Assembly (NCBI GenBank): GCA_951406725.2
Contig: OX597815.1
Location: 181,722,001-181,786,000, forward strand
Length of the DNA stretch: 64,000 nt
Source of the DNA: Octopus vulgaris
Lineage: Eukaryota
Direction of reading: 5' to 3'
This document shows, in pieces, positions 26,901-39,619 of the stretch. Position 1 is the stretch's first letter. Each line of letters begins with the position of its first letter. A program made the translations under genes and the position numbers. The notes under the pieces were generated by a model that had not been told where the DNA came from, ran no database searches, and saw only the letters and a program-made list of their open reading frames with translations.

Positions 26901-27237
26901 AGACAATTGGAGCCTGGTTTTCCAGCTCCTGTCAGACTGTTGAACCCATGCTAGCATGGAAAATATTCATTCAATGATGATGATACTCTATACATACATG
27001 GATACATTTACACACAAATATATATCGCCTTACTGGCACTTGTGCTGGTGGCACGTAAAAGCACTCACTGCATTCTCGGAGTGGTTGGCGTTAGGAAGGG
27101 CATCCAGCTGTAGAAACTCTGCCAGATCAGATTGGAGCCTGGTACAGCCATCTGTTTCGCCAGTCTTCAGTCAAATTGTCCAACCCATCCAAGCATGGAA
27201 AGCGGATATTAAACGATTATGATGATTATGATATATA

Positions 27238-27298
<61 letters not shown>

Positions 27299-29651
27299 TT
27301 CAGTGAAAAGCAGCAGAAATATCACAAAAACTGTTACCCAGAGTTTCACGTTCCCATTCGTTGGACAGTTTTGTTTAGAATGGAACAGAAATAAGGTTAC
27401 GATCAAATGTGTATCCATTAAACTAATTATAACTGTTCATAACCTTATTTCTGTCCCATTCCAAACAAAACTGTCCGATGAATGGGAATGTGAAACTCTG
27501 AGTAACAGTTTTCGTGATATTTCTGCTGCTTTTCAATAAAGCATATTACTCTACCTCTGGTATTCAAGTACTATTCTTTCCACCTTGTTTTGCATTTATG
27601 TGCTTACTCTGGTATATATATATATATACATGTATATATATATATATGTGTATATACTCTTTTACTCTTTTACTTGTTTCAGTCATTTGACTGTGGCCAT
27701 TCTGGAGCACTGCCTTTAGTTGAGCAAATTGACCCCAAGACTTATTCTTTGTAAGCCTAGTACTTGTTCTATTGGTCTCTTTTGCCGAACACACCACCAT
27801 CGGTTGCAAATACACCACCATCAATGGGGGGGGGGGACATAGGCACACAAACATATGCACACACATATATATATACATATATAGAACAGGTTTCTTTCAG
27901 TTTCTGTCTACCAAATCCACTCACAAGGTTTTGGTCGGCCCAAGACTATAGTAGAAGACACTTGCCCTAGGGGCAAGTGGGACTGAACCTAGAACCATGT
28001 GATTGGTAAGCAAGCTACTTACCACACAGCCACTCCTACACTACATATATATATATAGAGAGAGAGAGAGAAAGAGAGAGATAAACATCTATACATAGAT
28101 ACACACAGAGAATATATATACATATATGCTGAAGATAAATTCTTTTTATATTTTTATCAATTAGTTACATTGAAAAATTTCTCATAATGAGAATATTTCA
28201 ATGAATAATAATAATCTATCTCTATTTATATTTGCATAAATTTTATCTATAAAAATATAAATGCTAATCCTTATATATATAGATATAGCTTTTTTCTCAC
28301 TTACATTTATAATTGTTAGCATTGAATAACTCATGAAATGCGTAAAATATGTGATGAGATTAATAAAATATATTCTAATTATCTTGACAGTTAATGAAAA
28401 GAGCAATCTATATTATGTAGAATTTTTGAAGTAGAAGAAACAGAACAGGCTTCTAAATATATCAATGAATTGAAAGGAATCGTTGACAATTTCTCCTAAA
28501 AATCTAATAAGCAACTTGAAATAAAATAATTTTTAAAATTTTTTGTTCTATTCCTTACCAGATTGTTTACCATTCCTAAGGTTATTTTAATCCATATGTA
28601 TCAGATCATTAGTTCTTTGAAATCTTCTCAATATGAGAAATTCTTCAATTTTGCCCAGGCATAGAAAGGGAAATAAAAGCTCTTTATCCTATCTTGAACA
28701 ATTGATTTATTGTAAAACTCTTAAACAAACTTCACTTTTGAGCAAGGTGATGTTTATTTATATAAATCAATCCAGAGTTGTGAGTAAATAAATAATTACC
28801 ACGGATTTCCCACAGGTTATCCGGTTTATTTTTTTATGACGAATGCTTTACTTTATTCTTTTTAAACTAATCTTCTGTGAAATATTTTAGTTCTAAACAG
28901 GTCTTTGCATTAGAGTTCTTTTCTGTTTTACTGGCTTCACTCCTAAAGCTAGAATGGCCATAAAGGGATGCATGAGTAAGTTGATATGTTCATCATCATC
29001 ATCATCATTGGTTAACATCCGTTTTCCGTGGGTTGGACAGTTTTCCTGAGGTCTGGATTGCCAGTCGCTGCTCCAGGCTCCAATCTGATCTGGCAATGTT
29101 TCTACAACTGGATGCCCTTCCTAATGCCAACCACTCTGAGAGTGTAGTGCATGCTTTTTATGTGCCACCAGCATGAGAGCCAGTCAGGGGGTACTGGTAT
29201 CGGCTATGTTCAGATGTTGCTTTTTACATGCCACCAGCATGGGAGCCAGTCAGGTGGACCTGGAATCAATCGCATTCGGATGGTGCTTTTTACGTGCCAC
29301 CAGCACAGGAGTCAATCAGGGGGCACTGGCCACAGCTATTATATTGGTTTTACTTGATTCAACAGGTCTTCTTAAACATATCATATCACACAATGCATCA
29401 GGGGTACTCTTAACTGGGCCGGACATGTGTGGTTATAAAAACGTCAATGGCTTCGAATGAAAATATGATGCTAATTTTCTGCATTTTTATATTTGCTTCC
29501 CAACCACATGGTTGCACATTCGGTCTCACTGGGTGGAACCTTCAGCAAGTGTCATCTACTTTACACTCAGGCCAGCTTTGGGAGTGGATTTGGGAAGCAG
29601 AAACTGAAAGAAGCACTGTGCATGTGTCAGTGTGTGTGTGCGTATGTGTTT
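18512..29651 (+). repeat. Copy 2 of the 11.2 kb direct duplication
   Basis: Starts exactly at the gap and matches 7274-18411. Confidence 0.97.
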
Positions 29652-29940
29652 GTGTATCAGTGTGAGTGTGTCAGTGTAGATGTGTCAGTGTGTGTGTGCG
29701 TGTGTGTGTCTTTGTGTGCTTTTGTGTCTGTGCTTGTCCCCCCTCCACCACTTGGCAACCAGTGTTGGTGTGTTTATGTCCCCATAACATAGTGGTTCAG
29801 CAAAAGACACTGATAAAATAAGTACCAGGCTTAAAAAAAAAACAATGCACTGGGGTCGGTTCATTAAACTACAAATTCTCCAATGCAATGCCCCAGCATG
29901 GCCGCACACTAATAACTGAAGCAAGGCAAAGGTGAAAGGA
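29493..29940 (+). mobile_element. Older SINE family A copy
   Basis: Complete here; its twin at 18253-18411 is cut by the gap. Confidence 0.75.
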
Positions 29941-30043
29941 TAAGGACAAGAAGCCATGCTGTTATTGTGTTGGGCCGCATGGAGACGTAGTGGCTGATTT
30001 CCTTTTGAGCATTTGGCCTAATGGAGGCAAAGTGGCTGAGTTC

Positions 30044-30275
30044 CTTATTTCTTTATTGCCCACAAGGGGCTAAATATAGAGGGGACAAACAAGGACAGAC
30101 AAAGGGATTAAGTCAATTACATCGATCCCAGTGTGTAACTGGTACTTAATTTATCGACCCCGAAAGGATGAAAGGCAAAGTCGACCTCGGCGGAATTTGA
30201 ACTCAGAATGTAGCAGCAGACGAAATACTGCCAAGCATTTCGCCCGGCTTGCTAACATTTCTGCCAGTTCGCCAA
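30044..30275 (-). mobile_element. SINE family B
   Basis: Reverse complement of 45745-45976. Confidence 0.9.
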
Positions 30276-30409
30276 CTTGAGTTCCTTTCAAGTGTTGGAT
30301 CTCATGGAGGCAATGACCTAGATCTTTGGCATTGCATTTTGCTTGAGAAAAAATCCCATCAAGCCAAGCAAAATCACGTTGTAGCAGAGACTGCTGTCAC
30401 ACAAATGGC

Positions 30410-30607
30410 ACCCATACCAGTGGCATGTAAAAGCACTCATTACACTCTCAGAGTGGTTGGTGTTAGGAAGGGCATCCAGCCGTAGAAAACCATGCCAAGT
30501 CATACTGGAGTCTGGTCCAACCTTCTATCTTACCAGCCCTGTTCAAACCATCCAACCCATGCCAGCATGGACACTGGACGTTAAATGATGATGGTGATGA
30601 GGATGAT
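30410..30607 (+). mobile_element. RTE 3' UTR-derived repeat (family C)
   Basis: Family C motif and (GAT)n tail. Confidence 0.8.
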
Positions 30608-31044
30608 TGTTTAACCCCAGGTAGCACTATTTGAGCAAACCTATGACTAAATGCATTTCAGTCTTGATCATCCTGTCTCTTTTGTTCGATCATCATGTTA
30701 TTAATGACTACATAATATATTATGTTTTCTTCCCACAACACACACGTGTAACGACTCAAACTCCTGGAAATAACAACCAAAATGCCATTTATATTATCTA
30801 CCTTACTGTGCAGCAAAAAAAGGAGTTTGTATCAAGATAAAACAATTCTGGATATATGCATTATATCTGAAAACAAGATGTGATTGTCACTGCTGGAATG
30901 TCTTTGATCATATATCTGTTCATTGAGGTAGGACTTGGAGTTAAAGAACTTATAGTTAGGCGACTGAAAACTGCTCATTCGGATTAACCCTTTAGCATTG
31001 AACTTACTCTTTCCAATCTAATGCTTATTTATACACATTGCCTT

Positions 31045-31443
31045 GTCTTACTGGCACTCAAGCCCCATGCTAGTAGGGTATTAAGAGCACCATCCGAGTG
31101 TGATCATTGCTAGAGCGGCAATCTGGCTTCGTGCCGGTGGCATGTAAAAGACACCATTCGAGCGTGATCGTTACCAACATCGCCTTACTAGCACCTGTGC
31201 CAGTGGCATGTGTAAAAGATTTGAGTGAGGTCGTTGCCAGTACTGCCTGGCTGGCCCCCGTGCCGGTGGCACGTAAAAGCACTAAACTCTCGGAATGGTT
31301 GGCGTTAGGAAAGGCATCTGGCTGTAGAAACTCTGCCAGACCAAGATTGAAGCCTGGTGCAGCCATCTGGTTCACCAGTCCTCAGTCAAATCATCCAACC
31401 TATGCTAGCATGGAAAGTGGACGTTAAACGATGATGATGATGA
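31045..31443 (+). mobile_element. RTE 3' UTR-derived repeat (family C) with internal tandem units
   Basis: Repeated GTGCC.GTGGCA.GT units, then the family C end. Confidence 0.82.
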
Positions 31444-31593
31444 TTGGTTTGAATTAATCATGGATTATCTCATAGCTTTGAGATTTCGATGATGTGGTTA
31501 TTCCTTATTAAATTGATGCTGAAAGGTAGGTGTAAGAGGCTGGATCTGGCTAGTTTTAACATAAAACAGGGTAGGATATTTTAGCCAGATATA

Positions 31594-31804
31594 CTCTTTT
31601 ACTCTTTTACTTGTTTCAGTCATTTGACTGCGGCCATGCTGGAGCACCGCCTTTAATCAAGCAACTCGACCCCGGGACTTATTCTTTTTGTAAGCCCAGT
31701 ACTTATTCTATCGGTCTCTTTTGCCGAACCGCTAAGTGACAGGGACATAAACACACCAGCATCGGTTGTCAAGCAATGCTAGGGGGACAAACACAGACAC
31801 ACAA

Positions 31805-31852
<48 letters not shown>

Positions 31853-32118
31853 TTATCCGTAATAATGAAGGGTGAAATTAATTAATTTGGAATAATTATC
31901 AATTACACCAAGTAGTATATATATACATATATACGACGGGCTTCTTTTCAGTTTCCGTCTACCAAATCCACTCACAAGGCTTTGGTCGGCCCGAGGCTAT
32001 AGTAGAAGACGCTTGCCCAAGGTGCCATGCAGTGGGACTGAACCCGGAACCAAGTGGTTGGTAAACAAGCTACTTACCACAAAGCCACTCCTACGCCCCT
32101 ATATATATGTGTATGTAT

Positions 32119-32151
<33 letters not shown>

Positions 32152-32305
32152 CGACGGGCTTCTTTCAGTTTCCGTCTACCAAATCCACTCACAAGGCTTT
32201 GGTTGGCCCGAGGCTATAGTAGAAGACACTTGCCCAAGGTGCCATGCAGTGGGACTGAATCTGGAACCAAGTGGTTGGTAAACAAGCTACTTACCACACA
32301 GCCAC
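31594..32305 (-). mobile_element. SINE family A plus a second partial 5' half
   Basis: Full copy at 31594-32097; 5' half repeated at 32150-32305. Confidence 0.9.
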
Positions 32306-32644
32306 TGTCAGTTTAAATGCTAAAGGGTTAAATATTGTAGGACATTATTAGTTGATTTTAAGAATTCGACTCAAGAGAATTAGCTGTCATAAGGAACATT
32401 AATCACACTCTGTTTGCATATCTGTAGTTACACACACATATTTATATTTGCAAATGCAGGCATGTATTCATTGCATTCATCTGTAAGTGGAGGTAGATGC
32501 TACATCTTCAGTTTAAAAGAAATATCTCTTGTTCGCTTTTGATGACAGTGCAGATGTCTATACAAATTAAATCTCAATAGAATTGCTTCATCTCTTGGTC
32601 TAAATTGAATTCTATTATGGTATTCTATGACATGCATAAATATA

Positions 32645-32694
<50 letters not shown>

Positions 32695-32719
32695 ATTTCA
32701 TATGAACATTTATACCAGT

Positions 32720-32786
<67 letters not shown>

Positions 32787-33164
32787 TGTAGTTAGAAAAT
32801 TGGTTTTAATTTGCTTGCTGCACCAAATGCAATGTATGGGAAGAAATTGTTGCTGGCATTTAATCTCCAAACAACATTGGTCGGATAACCTCTTAGCTAA
32901 AGTAAAGGCTACCTAATCAGAAAAATTATCAGTATGAATTCAAGTAAAATATTATTGAATCAGAGGAAAGTAATGTTTAAGCCTGAAAAGAGAACATAGC
33001 CCTGGGAATCGGATAAGGTTATGAAGGAAAATGCCACTTTTCCAGTTAATATGAAGCTACAGGTCCCACTTGGTCAAAGCAGATTATCAATCAAATCCAC
33101 ACCTAATTATAAAGCTTGTTTTGTCCAGTGAATATACTCAACTCAATTAAATTAATTGTAGTAA

Positions 33165-33399
33165 CTTATTTCTTTACTATTCACAAGGGGCTACACACAG
33201 AGGGGACAAACAAGGACAGACAAACGAATTAAGCCGATTATATCGACTCCAGTGCGTAACTGGTACTTAATTTATCGACCCCGAAAGGATGAAAGGTAAA
33301 GTCAACCTCGGCGGAATTTGAACTCTGAACATAATAGCAGATAAAATACCGCTAAGCATTTAGCCCGGCGTGCTAACATTTCTGCCACCTTGCTGCCTT
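33165..33399 (-). mobile_element. SINE family B
   Basis: Reverse complement of family B. Confidence 0.9.
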
Positions 33400-33568
33400 A
33401 ATGAAATTAATTATAGTAACTGCAAGGATTAAAGGTAAGATGGATATGCTTATAAAATGAACAGATTCTGACGTTCGTCCATTTTATCTCATTTGTTTTT
33501 AACTCTTTATGTATTCCAGTCAGTGAGTTGTACCTTTCTGGACCCCTAACATATATTTTGAGAGCCCT

Positions 33569-33768
33569 TTAACCCTTCGGTATTCAGAATTTTCTGTCAA
33601 TGCTTATATATTCATATTGCTTTGAGTTTATCAAGCATTATCTTGTAGCCTCAGGATTTCAACATTCCGCTTGTTTAGCTTTAGAATAGCATTGTCGGAT
33701 TAGTATTTTTACATAAAACAGTTTAAATATTTTGGCCTGATGTGATCAGTTTGACTGTTAAAGGGTAA
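33569..33768. mobile_element. Degraded piggyBac-like MITE
   Basis: TTAACCCTTCGGTATT ... TGTTAAAGGGTAAA termini. Confidence 0.55.
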
Positions 33769-33788
33769 AAAGACACAAAATGAAATCT

Positions 33789-34330
33789 CATCATCATCAT
33801 CATCATTTAATGTCTGTTTTCCATGCTAGCATGGGTTGGACTGTTTGACCGGCATCTGTGAAGCCAGGAGGCTACACCAGGCTCCAGTCTGATCTGGCAG
33901 AGTTTCCTGTTTCTACAGCTGGATGTCCTTCCTAATGCCAACCACTGCGAGAATGTAGTGGGTGCTTTTTCCATGCCACCGGCACAGGGGCCAGAGGAGA
34001 TTGGCAAATGGCCATGATCGGTTGGTGCTTTTTACGTGTCACTGACACAGACACCAGTAAGGCAGCACTGGCATCTGCCCCGTTCAGACAGTGCTTTTAA
34101 CTTGTCACTGGCACAGGTATCTTAACTACAATTTCCATTTGATTTTCATTTTGATGTTGGTGTTAATGTACTTGACTCAATAGGTCTTCTCAAGAACAGC
34201 GGGTCACTCTACGATCCAAGGTTAGCACAGCAGGCCATCCTGTGAGTCATGAACTCACTTCATTTGTCGGGTCTTCACAGTCACAGCATATCTCAGAGGT
34301 CTCGGTCTTCGTCATTTCCTTTGTGAGGCC
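33789..34330 (-). mobile_element. RTE LINE 3' end (last codons + 3' UTR)
   Basis: Reverse complement matches 62163-62700 (GLT..MT.DRDL....VT.KT.Q). Confidence 0.85.
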
Positions 34331-35672
34331 CTACGTGCCACCGGCACAGGTATCACAACTAAGGTAAAAATTACCTGCAATATTAAAAATAAGTGAAAAC
34401 TAATTTAAATTTTAAAAATCAACTTTTTTAATGAATTCTTAAAATAAATATTAGTTACAAAATTATGTAATTGGAAACTCTTTCTACATGCAATGGTTAG
34501 CAAAATAAATGCATGAATTTGACAGGAAATTTTTCCCATTCAATAACTAACGGCTAGTTTAGTGAAACACTGGCTGTGTTAGATTATACAATTAGTACTA
34601 GAGACAAAGCAAGTAATAGCAGAGGCATTTTTAATGTGTGGCTGGAATACAGATAGTGACTTCACATGCAGTAGACAAAGTATATCTGCTTATCAATTGT
34701 GAGAGAAGTGAAAGAAAGGAAATAGATTAATGAGGACAACTGGAAAGAAATGTAATCAGTGGGATGTCTGGATGTGTAATGGGGATTTTATGGAAAGCTT
34801 TATCAAATTGAATTAAGCATCCCATCCTGAATCTTGACTTTTATTTGATGAGAAAAATCACTGTGTTGTTACGTAACTGAAGGTTTCTGCTTTTCAGGAT
34901 ATTGATATCTTTTGACAAGATGTGATTTTTGCGAATGTGGGAAATGTAGTATAGTTGAAATTACATGGTGTGTGTGTGTGTGTGTGTGTGCATATGTATG
35001 TATGTATATATATACATATATATACATACATTCATCAAAATGATGAATAGCTTTGCGTAACCATGGTCCGATTTGTTCTCTCTCTTTATTATCATCTTAT
35101 AATCATCTCATAATAATGACTTTTATGACTCGTATTACTACCTCAGTCAATCTAAATGTATATATTTGTCGTTACCTGTCATAAATAGCCTTTTTTTTTA
35201 TTTGGAATGTGCATTTTCGTTGATTTTTCATATTTTACCCTCACATTTCCACGTGTATTTTATATTTTCTTTTCATAACATATTTCTACTATATATTTAT
35301 ATATATATATATAAATTTAAGTAATGAGGGTAAAAATTGATATTGATTAGATTAATATCAATTTAAACCAGTGGCCTAGCATATTGAAAAAAAAAATCTG
35401 AAGATTCAGAAAATTATATTACATACATATAAGAGGAATGACCACTAAGAAAAATTGTTCTCAAGAAAATTTGGCAAACGCCAGAACATAAAGCGGTCAA
35501 GACAAATGAAAAACTGAAGAGATAGCGGTGTGAATTTCCACTGCGGCATCCAAAACTCGGAGTTTTATCTTGGCTACCAAATAATTGTCACTTATACATT
35601 TACAGATAATTTCCTCTATTTACATAATATCGAGGTCTCTTTCTTTCTTTTGTTATCTTACTGTTTTTATCA

Positions 35673-35720
<48 letters not shown>

Positions 35721-35732
35721 TTACTTTTTACC

Positions 35733-36122
35733 TTTTACTTTTACTTGTTTCAGTCATTTGACTGCAGCCATGCTGGAGCACCGCCTTTAATCGAGCAACT
35801 CGACCCCAGGACTTATTCTTTTGTAAGCCCAGTACTTATTCTATCGGTCTCTTTTGCTGAACCGCTAAGTAACGGGGACATAAACACACCAGCATCGGTT
35901 GTCAAGCAATGCTAGGGGGACAAACACACACATGCATATATATATATATATACATATATACGACGGGCTTCTTTCAGTTTCCATCTACCAAATCCACTCA
36001 CAAGGCTTTGGTAAGGCCCGAGGCTATAGTAGAAGACACTTGCCCAAGGTGCCACACAGTGGGACTGAACCCGGAACCATGTGGTTGGTAAACAAGCTAC
36101 TTACCATACAGCCACTCCTGCG

Positions 36123-36125
<3 letters not shown>
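35733..36125 (-). mobile_element. SINE family A
   Basis: Reverse complement of family A. Confidence 0.92.
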
Positions 36126-36162
<37 letters not shown>

Positions 36163-37029
36163 AAAATGTGTTGTTGAAAATATACTTAAATTTCAGAAGT
36201 TAGTAAATGTTTAAAATACATTTATTTACATATATACTAAACTAGTTTCAACAACATTTTTTGTTTATCAATGGTAAAAATGTAAAATTAGAAAAACATC
36301 ATTATAAGTTTCAATGTTGATAAATTATCATGTTCAAAACAGGTGTAAGTTTGAAATTAAAACTGTATATTAATTTGTTAGAATGTACAAGGTTCATTAA
36401 TTTCAGTGGTGATCAACAAGTCATACTGAAAAAAACAAGTCTGAGAATTATGATAGTAAAAAAAGGAAATTTGGTTTACAGTTTCTCAGATCTTCTTTAA
36501 ACAGCTGCTTTCGCTTGTAATGGTATGTTTAGGGAAAGGTGTATTTATAAATTTTTTTCTGATTTTGATTCATTAAAAAATTGATGATGTCTTTCTTCTG
36601 TGGTCAAGCTTGTCGTTCTGCTTGGTTGGTTTTCTTGTGGATAAGGTTATAGGTCGTTCCGGTTGGTTGGTTCTCTGAAAGGGTCTTTTCCTTGTACTCC
36701 CTGAAGTTCAGTTTTGATCGGTTTGGAATTATGTAACATCAGCAACTGGTATTTGTGGAATTTCATTGGACTGGAGGTGGGTGACATCAGCATCTTGTGT
36801 TTGTGTGGTGATTTGGAGCTGTGGTTTCGAAACCCGGGTGGAAGATTGTTACTAAAATTTTATTGTTTTTTTTTTGTGTTGAAATTGGGTGTTTTTTCTC
36901 TTCTTTATACTGCTTTTTCTTCTTTCTAAAGGATATTTAGCTGTGGTTTATAATTTTAATCAGTATGTTTTCCTTATTTTTCTGATACCCACTAAATAAA
37001 GTAAATATATATATATTTTTTTTTTCTTT

Positions 37030-37224
37030 CTACGAAATTTTTGGGGAGGGTACCGGTCGATTAGATCGGCCCCAGTATGCAACTGGTACTTAATTTATTG
37101 ACCCCCAAAATGATGAAAGGCAAAGTCGACCTCAGCAGAATTTGAACTCAGAACGTAAAGACAGACGAAATACTGCTAAGCATTTCGCCCATCATGGTGA
37201 CATTGCTGCCAACTCGCTGCCTTA
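37030..37224 (-). mobile_element. SINE family B
   Basis: Reverse complement of family B. Confidence 0.85.
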
Positions 37225-37426
37225 ATGAAGTAAATATATCATTCTTCATAAATGCTGCTGTAGTGTTTTCAAGAATGCAGTGCATATCTGGATTGTGACA
37301 ATGCTAAGCTGAATATTATTTTCTCTGCTATGCTGCCAGTTAGGATCAAATAGTCTAGCAACAACCAGTAAGTGCTCAGCCACCATAGCTATTGGAGAGA
37401 TTTGAGGAAGGCCATAGCTTTCTCTA

Positions 37427-37822
37427 TCTTTTACTTGTTTCAGTCATTTGACTGCGGTCATGCTGGAGCACCACCTTTAATCGAGCAACTCGACCCCAGG
37501 ACTTATTCTTTGTAAGCCCAGTACTTATTCTATCGGTCTCTTTTGCTGAACCGCTAAGTGACAGGGACATAAACACACCAGCATCAGTTGTCAAGCAATG
37601 CTAGGGGGACAAACACAGACACACAAACACATACATATATATATATATATATATACATACATATATACGACGGGCTTCTTTCAGTTTCTGTCCACTCACA
37701 AGGCTTTGGTCGGCCTGAGGCTATAGTAGAAGACACTTGCCCAAGGTGCCACGCAGTGGGACTGAACCCGGAACCATGTGGTTGGTAAACAAGCTACTTA
37801 CCACACAGCCACTCCTACGCCT
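37427..37822 (-). mobile_element. SINE family A
   Basis: Reverse complement of family A. Confidence 0.92.
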
Positions 37823-38196
37823 GTGCATTTACTGTGCATTTACTGTGTAAATTAAGCAAACTTTTGATATGAATAAAAATGCTCTTCAGTGCAAAAATAC
37901 AAAGTGGAGATATCTTTCACGTAATGCTACTTGAATTAACACTAGAGTTTTCTTAACACCACAATGCCAAATTTGCCTGCTTTGTAAAACAAAAAAACAA
38001 CTTTGAGTAATGAAGCGATGAGAGCTATGCAGATGAAAAACCACTTCAGATGGTTTTACTAATAAGAAAAATAAAGATGGATTTTAAGATGCTGAAAGAA
38101 AGAAAAAGAAAATGGAATCAACTAAATTTAAAGACATTCTTTAACTGTTTAGCATTCAGATTACTCTGTGAAATGAATTGTTTATTTATTTTACCT

Positions 38197-38410
38197 TCAT
38201 CATCATCATCATCATCATTGTTTAACGTCTGCTTTCCATGCTGGCATGGGTTGGACAGTTTGACTGAGGACTGGTAAGCCAGAAGGCTGCACCAGGCTCC
38301 AATCTGATCTGACAAAGTTTCTACAGCTAGATGCCCTTCCTAATGCTAACCACTCTGAGTGTAGTGGACGCTTTTTACATGTCACCAGCAAGAGGCTCAG
38401 TCAGGCAGTA
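38197..38410 (-). mobile_element. RTE 3' UTR-derived repeat (family C)
   Basis: (CAT)n tail and family C motif. Confidence 0.82.
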
Positions 38411-38559
38411 AACTTTCTGCTGACACAACAAAATACCTTAGCAACCAGAATAAAGTTATGGAGAAATGAAAATTAAATTTCCCATTGAGTTTTGAAAGCA
38501 TCAAAATAGAGAATAAGAGGAAATTCTGTCAGCAACCTGAGAATGCTGAAATAATTGAT

Positions 38560-38975
38560 GAACATTTTAACCCCACAACAATTTAGGCCATATTTCGTTA
38601 ATCAGGTAATCAAAAATAGTCTTACGCTTTGCTTGAGTGGCCCAGGTAAAAATTTATCCCTTTCAACCCATCCTTAGTATATATTCCATCTGTGTATAAA
38701 ATTTCAAGAAAATCAGTTGAAAACTTTAAAAGTTATGGCAGAAAATAATATTCATATGAGAATTTGCATTAAAATGTCCTATTGATTTTTGAAAGATCAA
38801 TGGTGGTTAAAAATCATCGATTTTTTTTTTAAATTCTAAGTGTGTAAGTGAGCGCATAGGCACAAGCCCTACACATGTGTCAAGTTTCATGAACATTGGT
38901 TGGACAGTCTCAGAGGAGATAATGTAACAAATTCACAAACTTACACAACCACAGACAGAAATTACCACTTATGTA
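38560..38975. mobile_element. Probable degraded non-autonomous Helitron/Helentron-type repeat
   Basis: Repeated AA.TTTCA.GAA.AT..GTTG motif followed by GGAGAT..ACAGACAG; layout resembles 9384-9812. Confidence 0.4.
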
Positions 38976-39186
38976 TGTATGTATATATATATATATAAAC
39001 TATGGATTAGAGATAAAACCACTTTTAGGCAACTGAAACAGTGATAGACATAAACCAATACATAAAATATAAATATAATTAATATAATATATTCTTTCAG
39101 TTTCCATCTACAAAATCCATTCAGAATGCCTAAGGTTATAGAAGACATAAAATTAAATTTTTTTTTCACCAAAAGTATAAAAAGAA

Positions 39187-39246
<60 letters not shown>

Positions 39247-39255
39247 GTGTATATA

Positions 39256-39300
<45 letters not shown>

Positions 39301-39619
39301 CACACACACACATGGTATGATCACAACTGTGTGACAAATGGTAATGTGAAACTCTGAATAACAGTTTGTGAAGATTTTTATTTTCAGCTTTAATAATAGT
39401 ATAATATACAACGGGTTTCTTTCAGTTTCCATCTACAAAATCCATTCAGAATGCCTAAGGTTAGAGAAGACATTTGTCCAATGTGCCTCATAGTGGGAGT
39501 GAACTAGGGGCCATGTGGTTGGGATGCAAATATCTTTAATACATGGCCACATCTCTGCTTATATAGCTAAAGTAATACAGTAAGGTCAAGGTAAGTGAAA
39601 ATAAGGCAATAATGGTTTT

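Larger units (their letters stand above)
30984..32331. mobile_element. piggyBac-like MITE interrupted by nested insertions
   Basis: TTAA-CCCTTTAGCATT ... AATGCTAAAGGG-TTAA termini; internal pieces resemble the uninterrupted copy at 33569-33768. Confidence 0.7.

Noticed and set aside
36560-36900. Strand-biased segment resembling a retroelement ORF
   Set aside because: Multiple stops and no diagnostic motif; cannot be classified.
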